This document shows, one piece after another, positions 1-10,422 of a stretch of DNA of 64,000 nucleotides. Position 1 is the first letter of the stretch; each line of letters begins with the position of its first letter. A model generated the notes under the pieces. That model searched no databases and had not been told where the DNA came from. It saw only the letters and a program-made list of their open reading frames with translations. The DNA comes from Cercozoa sp. M6MM (taxonomy: Eukaryota; Protista; Endomyxa: Ascetosporea): NCBI GenBank assembly GCA_040357565.1, contig JBDODJ010000019.1; one strand, given 5' to 3'. Position numbers and translations under genes: made by a program.

Positions 1-1544
1 CCCCCCCCGCGACTGTCGTTGCAGCTGAGATCGCCGAGTTCACTCGTGATCCCGAAGGTTGGTGCCAAAGGCATAATGGCGTGCTTCCAGTACTGCTTAT
101 TTGGCACGACGAAGCGTCTGCTGCATCGAAGGACAAGGAGCGTTTCTTCTGGGGCAATGGTCATTGATTTTCGTATTTGTGCACGTCAGTAACGATAGCG
201 GATCATGACAGAGAATGTCGCCTCGCACCGCTTGAAGACACAAGGTGCATCTGTGATGTTTTCGAGTTTCATTACAGCTGCCATGGGCACTGTTCGACTT
301 CTGGATGGCGTTCCCGCACACAGACGACCTGTTCCCGGTTCATTCAGTTGCTTTCTTCTTTTCTGCTTCACTTCTCCCTTCAGAACCTCTTCCGAACGCA
401 AGATATCAGTATGTGGAGGGTTCCTCCTCCTTATTGATTCAAATTGGTGGTGACAATTACTTCCGGAACGATATCTTTTTATCGCAAGTTCGATACGCCA
501 ACGGTACTCCGTCCGAAGTTCCCCTTCGCTTCATTTTTCAACTTTCTTGCTGTAGCCATCATTCGCGCTAACTTTCCGCCCATTCTTAAGAGCGGGAAAG
601 TGTACCAAGTTCACCCTGTCTTCATGTTTGATCATTCTCCGGTCCACAAGACCACCTCAGAGAAGTGGCCGAACACTGCGCACATCATCCGCAGTGACGG
701 CGGCAAGAATCAACCGAAGTACCCGCCGCAACTTGTGACTACTGAAGCCGGGCTTCAAAGTACTGCTGCTCTTCTTTGCCAGTCAGTTCAGCTCTCTCCG
801 CGCAGCGACGTTGCGGTTCTTCAATCCAATGACGGGCGTGACGTACGGCTTGGACACGATCGCTCAACAGCTCAAGGTGCTGTTCCCGACAAGGTGCCGT
901 CGGCTTGACTTCGCAACGGTCAGCACGCTACGAAGAAGCTTGTCTGCAAACTTCCCAAGCATCTTCAAGAACGAGACACGACTTGACGATCTTGCGAAGT
1001 CTTTAAACGTCACAGTGCTGTGGCTTCCGAAGTTTCACTGCGACCTCAATGGTATTGAGTTCTTCTGGGCTTATGTGAAGAGCAAGCTCAGGAGGTCTTC
1101 GGAGGTGAAGGGTGATTCCGGACTCGCTGCCTTCCGAAGACGATGTGCCAAAGTCGTGGAGAGCGTCCCACTGGTACTTTCTCCGCGTCTCATCACTCTC
1201 TATCCACGCTTCCTTGATAGCATACGATTTGCCGGATGCTACGGCACGTGGTTGAGGTGGAAATGGTCTATCTCGGCGGCGCCAGCGACTCGCACGAGGC
1301 AACTCGAGCTGTGAAACGCCGCCGGAACCAGGTCAACAAGTCTCACGGAGTTCAGCCGGGCTCCTACCTGTTCACCAAGGTTCCTGGGCGCGAAGAAACC
1401 GAGAGGAACGACGAGTTCGAGAAGGAATTCAAACGACAAGTGACGTCGCTCGTTGCAGACGTCGAGCAAGCCATGAGAAACAGCCAGGCCGAGCACGAAA
1501 AGCGCCTAAGAGCGCTTGCACCACTAGGTTTCCGCCGTTACTAG
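1..1544 (+). mobile_element. IS630/Tc1/mariner-superfamily DDE transposase gene, spliced, 5' part outside window
   Basis: Stitched exons give LLIWHDEAS (first D, ~105), GASVMFSSFI, PVFMFDHSPVH..GGKNQP (second D, ~628), WLPKFHCDLNGIEFFWAYVK (E, ~1057) and a C-terminal KSH motif. Stop TAG at 1542-1544. Several ~50-nt GT-AG introns. Terminal inverted repeat not identified. Confidence 0.85.
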
Positions 1545-2362
1545 GTGTTCTAACTAGAATTAGTCCGTAATTAGTGGTTTATAGCTCCTTATGTCGACTT
1601 TTGAAACTCGACCGACAGTGACGCATGAATTTCAATTCCATTGAATTTCGTCAAAACTTTGTGTCTCCATAGTGGCCCAAACTTCACTAAGTCTAGTTTT
1701 TAGTACATTTGGATCACTTGGTGTGCGGGCTACTCTAATAGCAGTCGTTTCGGGCTCTTTTGTCGCCAATCGGCCAACTTCACTGCATTTAGCTGTAAGG
1801 TCGAGTCGAGTCTGGAAAGGAAAGGTATTGAAGACAAATATAAATAAAGAAGTAAAACGTCAGTTACAATTAGAATGGCGTCGATGCCAGATTAGAGGAC
1901 AAAAGGTCGAAAGCTCGAAGGCTTGTTGATGGCAATTAAAAAAGAACAGCCAAGCACATTTGACATCCGCGCTGACGAGTAGTCATATGACAACTTGACT
2001 GGTTGAGAAACGCTATGCCGTAACATTTACGTTTAAGTGGACGATTTTGACGTGATTCGCTGATCTCCTGATAAAGCAAGCAATCGCCACGCAGATTCAG
2101 GACGAAATTTATCCTCTTTCCTCTCGTCTACTCTGAAAAAAAAACTCAGCGGCCGCCTGGCGCGACTGAACTTCGAAATTCCGTTGGTTCTTCGGCTGTC
2201 TCACTTTTTGAGCCTTCTTCAGTTCTATGCGGCAGAGGAACAATGGCATCACTTGCTGCGAAGAAGGGTGCGACTAAGTTAGTTCAGTCTACGCTAGTAC
2301 AATAAAAGGGAAAACGACGGAATTCGAACCGAACACCGAACACGCACGCCAACGCGGTACGG

Positions 2363-2813
2363 TTAAGTACGGTCACCGAACCAACTACAGGGCTTGCGGT
2401 CGTCGCCCCACCAGCCGTCGTTGTTGCGACAGGTACCATCGGCGTGGTTAACGTCGAGCAGCGCGTAGTCTTCCTCTGTGCAAGTACGCATGGTTGTATT
2501 AGGGAGTATCGGAAGACATATGATAGCGATACGGTAGCCCGACCGCCACCGCTCGTCTCCTGGCGAGTAGCGCTCGTTGCTCCAGTCGTCATGGTGACCC
2601 GGTTTGTTTAGAAAGTCGCATCCGATCAGAGGCACTGTCAGGTGCGATCGCGAATAAAAGTACCCTGAGTCAAACACAGCAAATGGGTACCAATGCCATC
2701 GTTGGGTTTCGCAGTGCCGCTCATCGACGCGATCAGTTTGAGACCGGGTGCGTACACCGTGTTGAGTCCACTTGAGGACACGCCGCACATGCCTGCAAGC
2801 GTCCATTATTAAC

Positions 2814-2863
<50 letters not shown>

Positions 2864-4908
2864 TGAACACACAGAGATAAACAGATACCGCCAACGGCAG
2901 TGCGAGCAATGATGCCATTGAGTGTCTCAATGTCGGGCCACTCCGGGTGACACGTCTGGTAGCCATAGTTCGGCACGCGGTCGGACTTGTCGCAGTAGTT
3001 CATCAACTCGGCCACCCTGTGCATCGAGAGGTATCTCAAAGTCCAACAAAATGAAGCAATAAACACTAGGCAATAAACACTGGGCAATAAACATTAGGCA
3101 ATAAACACTCGGGAGGAAAAACGGAAAAGTACTTGCGAACAGCCGGGTCAAAGAAGCCACTGTCATCGCCGCACAGTTCGTACAGCCACTCGACTACGTC
3201 GCTGCCATGACTCGGTCCTTGCACGGCATACCACGTGACGGAACCGTCTTGAGCAAACGAGCATCTGGCAACCAACACGACTTTGCTTACTTACTGAACA
3301 AGCTTTTGCTTGCAGGGAAAGCGAACAACGCACCGACCAGACTTGAGTGCAGCAGCGATGGCCAGATTGCCCATCGAATGCGCGAACACAATCACGTCTT
3401 TCGCCACTCCACCGCGACGCTCGCCCGTCAGTGCCTCGCAAGTCGCCATCTCGAGGTCCTTCGTGTCCCAGCCCGAATGAATCGAGTCTGCAGAACGAAT
3501 TTATTGAGATGGATGGTCAAAATGAAAAGATGTGTGGGAGGAGTAGGGGTACCTGTGTTCAAAAACACGTGTTGCGAACACTGCGGCGTGTGCTTATGCA
3601 CCTTGCCTGCGATTCGGGAACACACCCAGTTTCATGAAAATCACAAAAAAAAAAAGATAAGTTGGAGCAAAGAAACTACCCCAGTAATCCTTAAACGAGC
3701 CATGTTGCACCGGATCGAACGAGCGCTGGCGATTGCCAGCACCATGAATGAACACGCAGCGTTTCTGGTTTTCGGTCTGTGATCAACAAACCAAATTCAG
3801 TGAAGAAACCAGAGTGGACGAATACGAGGCGAACAACCTTGTCAATCGGCATCCAGAAGGGTCTGCAAAAACAAAACAATTAAACAAATCGTTCAGACGG
3901 AGCAAACAACGGAACTGGGGCACCTCGTTGGTGGCACAGACACCGATTGCAGGAAACTATCGAAAGCGGCGTTTTGAGTGGAAATTGCGGCGCTGCTGCC
4001 AGTTAGAAGAGCAACGTCGCCGTTGGATTCGAAATAGATTTCGAGCCACTGTGCCACAAGCTTGTGCAGATGCAGAACCTTCTCGGAATCCTCTGCGAAA
4101 GTTTGCCGCTTCTTCCAGCACAGAAGCACCCACTCCTGCGAGGCCGCATTCAGCGCAGTCACTTTGTCGCACTGTTGGACACGCTCATCCGTCAAAAGAC
4201 GGTTCTCAAACAGTTGCTGCGCCAGATCCGTGTCACTGCGGAACTTGGTCTGCAAGCAAGTGCAAACGTCACACAAAAGGAAACTGAACACGAAAGGTAC
4301 CAAGGAAATCTCGTGCAGCATCGTGGCGATCGAGACGCCCAGTTCGTTCGACACGCGTGACACTCGCGACAATGCCTTCAATGTCGGTGCCTACAAACAT
4401 GCTCGAGTACAGGTACATAGTCCAGCTGTTGTTCCGATCAAACTACCATTGGCATCAACAAGTCATGGGCAGCAACGTCGCCTACAAACAACGAATCCTC
4501 ATGTGCATCACTCATTGCATCAGTCTCAAGCAGTGTTTTACCTGTCGAATCAACACGAGCACCGACGGTTTGGATAACGTCTGGCACATTCAGCGTCTCT
4601 CTTGCCTGTGCAAAACAATATTGACATCGCTTCTGCCTTTTGCGAGAGTACGGTCGTGGTACAAAATCGCTGAGAGAAGCCTTGGCCAACAAGGCGCCGC
4701 TATCGAAGAACTCGGCTTCGCCCGCGAACACTTCCGAATACTGCACACCAAGCCACACACACACCAACGATTGCAGTTCACACGAAGTTCTTTAGTGCGA
4801 GAAACGCACTTCAAACCCGTCCTCGTCGGCAAAGTCGCGGACCACGCCGCGGAAGGGAATTATTAGAGCATGGACGCTTGTAACAAGCGCAAGCAACAGC
4901 AGCTTCAT
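2363..4908 (-). CDS. Secreted alpha/beta-hydrolase (lipase-like), multi-exon
   Basis: Signal peptide MKLLLLALVTSVHA at 4908. Spliced motifs: RCVFIHGAGN..KDYWG, HTPQCS..FLNT, VIVFAHSMGNLAIAAAL (nucleophile elbow, ~3375), NDGIV (acid), VNHADG (His), KPCSWF near the stop. Confidence 0.8.
2814..2860. repeat. (CA)n microsatellite in an intron of the hydrolase gene
   Basis: Uninterrupted CA run seen directly. Confidence 0.95.
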
Positions 4909-5383
4909 TCGGCTGCGTCGGCTAAACACACAAACACAGGCAAAATCGAGTGCGGAGACATCGCACAATCGCGCAGAAAACTCTCGAAACCAAAACGCAG
5001 AACGATCACTCCAACCTGACAAGAGTAATGATCGAAACAGCCCCAATTTCTAGAAAACACACACAGACAGCGATTGATGCACTCACGCCCACGATCAGCC
5101 TCAATCAAATCACAAGACAAAAAACTCATCGAGCCCCCACGTCAGTGCAGAACCGAATAAACTGCATAAAACTGTTTCGAGCGTACCCCAACGTTCTGTT
5201 AAGGACCGTAGGCACGTTAGAAAGAGTCAAAGCACGTTTCAGAATCGCTTTGCTTAGTGGCTACGCTGACAGGGTATTTTATTAAACAACCCGTAGCCAG
5301 ATCTTTAGTGGTCGACCAGCCGCCAGGACATTCTTTGCTTTTGTGTTTTGAAAGTGCTAGTGTAGCAATATCGTAGTATAGCA

Positions 5384-7652
5384 ATGTCGCAGGTGCTCGT
5401 TCTAGGCTGTGGATTGGTAGGATTCGCACTTCATCTTCCGATTCTCCAAGATTGAACTTTCTTCCGGGTGGATTCTCGTCGCACTTCTTTGCAGGTGTCG
5501 CCGCCGCTGGTGCAGTACTTGACTGCCCACGGTCACACTGTGACTGGTACAAAAGAATGATACTCATCCATTCTTGCCAAGGAGGAGTTGCATGCGTGTG
5601 CAGTGGCCACGCGCAACATTGAGTCGGAGCGTGCCAAGGCCATCCGCGCACGTATCGAGAAGAACGGGCATACCGGTACACTAGACGCAAATGAACTGAC
5701 AGCACAAAAAGTGCCTTTTAATGTCACAGATAAGCTGAAGTTCGCTGTCTTTGATGCCACAACTGATGATGCCACGGTTCGTTGCCTTTTGATTGTATTG
5801 CTCTCTGCCGTGAATGCAAGTGTGAATGCAACTTGATGCTGTAGGCCCGTTTGAACGAGCTGGTGCCGTCGAGCGACTTGGTTGTCTCGTTGCTGCCGTA
5901 TATCTACCACTGCATGGCTGCACGCGTTGCTTTGGTAGTGTTGATTCGTTTATTTCTTGTACGAGTCTGTAATTTGGGAGAAACGCAAGTTCGTTGTTGC
6001 TGCTGATAGGCGCATGAGAAGCACTTTTGCACGTCGTCCTACATCTCGGGTAACCTTTTTTTGGCTGAGTTAGTCTGTCCTGGTACTGTGTTATGGGTTT
6101 GCAGACGAGATGGCGCAGATGGACGCCGACGTCAAGTCCAAGGGCCTCGTGTTCCTCAACGAGTGCGGTAAAAAGGACTCGAGATTAAATCAGACATGTA
6201 GTTGCTATATTCTGTTGTCAGGTGTCGACCCTGGCCTCGACCACATGAGTGCCATGTCGGTGATCGACAAGGTGCACGAGGAGGGCGGCAAGGTCGTTGG
6301 CTTCTACTCCATCTGCGGTGGCCTGCCGGCACCGGACTGCAACGACAATCCGCTCGGCTACAAGCTGTCATGGGCTCCGCGTGGAGTTCTGCTTGCTTCA
6401 GTAACATTGTTCACGCTCTTTTTCGCTGCTTCTTTTATGTTGCAAACGTAGAGAAACGGCGCGACGTACTTGGAGCACGATCGGTATCGATAAAGTGAAT
6501 CGAAAGATGACGGTTTTCGAGGGTTGTTTTGTGACTTAGTGAGACCACGATCCAGCCTGGCCGTCTGTTCGACGCTGAGAACGTGCGATTCGACCAGGTG
6601 CAAGACATGGCTCTCGAGTGGTACATGAACCGCAACAGCGTGCCGTACCAAGCGCACTACGGCATTCCCGAGGCTCGCACCGTCGTTCGTGGCACCTACC
6701 GTTTCCAGGGTAGCGACTTGTTTTATTCAAACAAGGTTGTTTGCTAGTGAACAAGCTTGCTGCCTGAGCAGGTTGGTGCCAGACGCTGCGCAAGTTCGGC
6801 GATCTGAAGCTTACGTCGCTGGACACGCTACCCTTGTATCTAAAACAAGTTTGTTTGTTGCATTTCAGACAAGCATGGTTTTGGTAGCACTCAAGACATG
6901 TCCTACATGGACGCTCTTGCTCTGCTCTGGGAGTGTGAGGTAGTTTTTTTTTTTTTTGTATTCTCGCCGTTGACCCGATCACGAACAAGTTTGTTTCTGA
7001 AATAAATAGAACCCGGTGGAGTATGCCAAGTCGCAGGTCGAGACGAGCGTGTTTGAGACGCTCGAGTGGCTTGGTCTCTTTGATAATGAGGTATCTCTAA
7101 GCTTCAAGATTTTTGAGTCGTGTTGCTTAGCTCCGACAAAGTTGAATTGGGTTGAGTTGCTTTGAGTGCTTTATTTCGAGTTGCGTGCAGCGCAAAGTGC
7201 CGGCAGGCGTCGACAAGGCGCTCGATCTCGTCTGCACACTCATGTTGGTACTGTGCTTACGGTTAGTTTGTTCCGCTGGTGTTAAATATACGCATATTTG
7301 GGAGCAGGAGAAGATGCAGTACAAGGAGGGCGAACGCGACATGATCGCGTACTTCTTTATTTAGCTTTTGCTGTTAATCTATAACAAGAGTGCTGCAACA
7401 GCATGAAGCACACGTTCGAAGTGGAACGCGCCGATAACACACGCGAACTCATCTTCTCCGAGCTTGTGGTATCCTTGCTGTCTTTTCCTTGCTGTCTTTC
7501 CTCTTCTTTTTATTTTCTATCAATCCTCCCCTGGTAGTGTAAGGGCGAGCAGCACAAGGGCGGCGACAGTGCCATGGCGCGCACCGTCACTCTGCCACTC
7601 GGCGTTGCCATCCGTCTCATTCTGGAGTACTGTTGAAACTTTGCTTTGTGTT

Positions 7653-7705
<53 letters not shown>

Positions 7706-9932
7706 CGAACTCTGGTCTATCTCTGCCACACACAGAGGCAAGATCGAAGGACACGGCGTGGTGCGACCCACAAAGAAGGAGTTCTACCGTAAGTCTTTGT
7801 TTTATTCCAATTCTCCAACCCGTCTCACGTGAGTTTTCGCCATTAGAACCGATCCTGGCGGAGATGTCGAACGAGTTCGGCGTCACTTTTGTCGAAACGT
7901 ACGTTGCTTGCTACGATGAGTCCTTTTGAATTATGCGCTAGCTCCGTTCTTTCCTGCAGCAAGGAGGAGAAGACGCACTTGTGGCTTCGTGCCGAGATTA
8001 AGCCTGGCGAGGAGTATCTTCAGTTCTTCTCTTCCTTCTCCAGTTTTTCTCTTCCTTCTCCAGTTTTTCTCTTCCTTTCTCCGGATCTGTTTCAGTATTA
8101 ATCATCCATTTTTTTTTTTTTGTTCCTAACAGGCGAACGATTCTGCCGCCGGCGCAGTTGAAGAAGCTCATCGGTGATGGCGCTGATTTCCGCGTCACGG
8201 TTGAAGAATCTGCCGTAACTCTCATTTTTTATTTTTTACTCTTCCGCGCGAACGGACAATAGAGTTTGATTGGTTCAGCAATGTGCGTTCAAGAAGGAGG
8301 AATACGCAGGCTTTGACATCGTAGCGTGCTTTGTGCAGTGTAAAATGAAGTGACATTATGCTTTCGCAGGTTCCGGCAGGTTCGTGGAAGAAGGCTCCGG
8401 CCAATGCTTTCATCTTGGGACTGAAGGAACTGCCTGTATGCTGTCTCTTTGACTGGCTGGACGATTTTATTTGAATGCAAATGATGCAGGAGGGCGAGGA
8501 GTCCGATTTGTTGCACCGTCATGTGTTCTTTGCGCACTGCTTCAAGCATCAGCCAGCTGTACATAGCGTTCTCCTGACGATATAGTTGTTTGCCTGTTGT
8601 GACTTGAAGTTGTTTTCCAGTGGCGTGAGGTGTTGATGCGCTTCGCTGACTTGCGCGACGTACTTCTGCTTGTGTAAATGGTATCTACGGAAACTCACAC
8701 GAAATATTTTCGCAGAAGAAGACGCCGCGTGGTCAACTGTACGATCTCGAGTTCTTGACGGACGCGCAAGGCCGCCGTGTTGCAGCTTTCGGTCGGTACG
8801 CGTGTTTTGTAACTGTACCTGTCAAGTTTTGCTTAGGTTGCTTTTCATTTTTAGTATGGCCGGTATCACTGGAATGGCTGTCGGCATTCTCGCTTGGTGC
8901 GCGCGTCAGAAGGGCGAAGTCTTGGGCGCCTTGTCGCCTTGGCAGAACGAAGGTGTGTCAACTTTGTTGCCTTGTTCTCCGGTCATTTCGGTGCTGTTCT
9001 CAGAGGCGATGGTCGCTCATCTCAAGCGCGAACTGGAGTCAGTGCGTTGACGTTTTCCAGAACAGCTAAGTGTGTTGATTGAGTGTACATACAGGTCGGC
9101 AAGAAGCCGACGACGATTGTGATCGGAGCGCTGGGTCGCTGCGGTCAGGGTGCGCTGCACACGGCCAAGTTGGCTGGCCTCGATGTCACTCCGTGGGACA
9201 TCGCAGAGACTAAGGAACGTCCGGAAGGCCAGTTTGAGGAACTGCTGCAGCATGACATCTTCCTCAACGCCATCTTGCTGCCGCCTGGAGTCAAGTTGGC
9301 GCCGTTCCTCACCATGGAGATGCTCGAAGCCTCTTCTGACAAGGTTTGCGACTCTCCTTGCTCTTGCGTGTGTTCGAGATTTGTGACTTACTTCAAAAAC
9401 AACAGAAGCTTTCGGTCATGTGCGATGTGAGCTGCGATGCTGGCAACCCGAACAACCCTGTGCCTGTCTACCAGACTGTATGCTGTCTTTTCTCCTGTGT
9501 ATTTTTGGTGTTGTGCTGTGCCTGATGTTTGCATGCCGTGTTTGAAGGAAACGACGCTGTTTGATCCGGTGCGTCGTGTGTCTGGTGACCTTGACGTTGT
9601 TGCCATCGATCATCTGCCCTCGTTGCTGCCTCGCGTACGTTGTTTCTCTATCTTTTTATTGCTCTATTCGTGAGAGCTTTCGTTTTTTTTATTTTGTTGC
9701 TTTGAACAGGAGGCGTCGGAGCAGTTCGCCGAGGACCTGCTGCCGACGCTGCAGCAGTTGCGTGCACTCGACACTCAGAGCAACACTGTAACTCTACCCT
9801 CGTTCCTACCAGTCTCATTCGTCTTTGTTCCTTTCATGGTGCTGTTTCTCTTGACAGGAGGAGACGCCATGGACGCGCGCCCACGGCTTGTTCTTGCGCA
9901 ACTTTGCCGAAGCTGCCGCCTCTGAGGAATGA
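5384..9932 (+). CDS. LYS9-LYS1: Bifunctional saccharopine reductase (Lys9/SDH-type, N-terminal) - saccharopine dehydrogenase, lysine-forming (Lys1-type, C-terminal); ~33 exons, ~820 aa
   Basis: Lys9 motifs: MSQVLVLGCGLVS (Rossmann), DLVVSLLPY, TSSYIS, NECGVDPGLDHMSAM, FYSICGGLPAP..NPLGYKLSWAPRGVL, RGTYRF, MQYKEGERDMI, SAMARTV. Lys1 motifs: HLWLRAEIKPGE, ILGLKELP, HVFFAHCFKHQ, LYDLEFLTD..GRRVAAFG, VIGALGRCGQGA, DVSCD, AIDHLPSLLPREASEQF. The junction GAA AC|gtacgt...ctgcag|C AAG (intron 7899-7959) is in frame. Confidence 0.93.
7655..7700. repeat. (CA)n microsatellite, intronic
   Basis: CA run within the Lys9 intron at 7627-7734. Confidence 0.95.
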
Positions 9933-10422
9933 AAATCTTTCGCGTCGCCTTCTGCATCATTTATACCTTCGTAGGTATATATGTGGCATGCCACTTTCGT
10001 TATCTGCGCTACGCTAACCGTAAGTAAAAGGGTGGCGAATTCACCGCACACACCGCACGACGCCGAGTTGAGGAAATGCCAACGTAAATTTAACGTAAAG
10101 AAGGCAAGACGGGCGAATTCGATACGATATGACACGAACAGACCCAGAAACACGAGACATGGCGGTACGGAAGACAGATCTCCTGGGATGAAGACGTCAA
10201 ATCGGGGAGTTGTGCAACGTAGCTAATGGAACCGAAAATGCGGCTGAGCCAACCCCGAATTGGCATAAGGTCGCGCACGTGCTTGCGTCGGGTGTGTCAC
10301 GAGTAGTATCGGAAATGTCGAAACTCGCATTCTGCGCGCCGCGTTTGGATTCCCTTAGGTCCGTCTCTAAGACTTCTTGGCGCATAGTCAGCTTGGCGAC
10401 ACAAAGGACCCCGGACCAAAGG

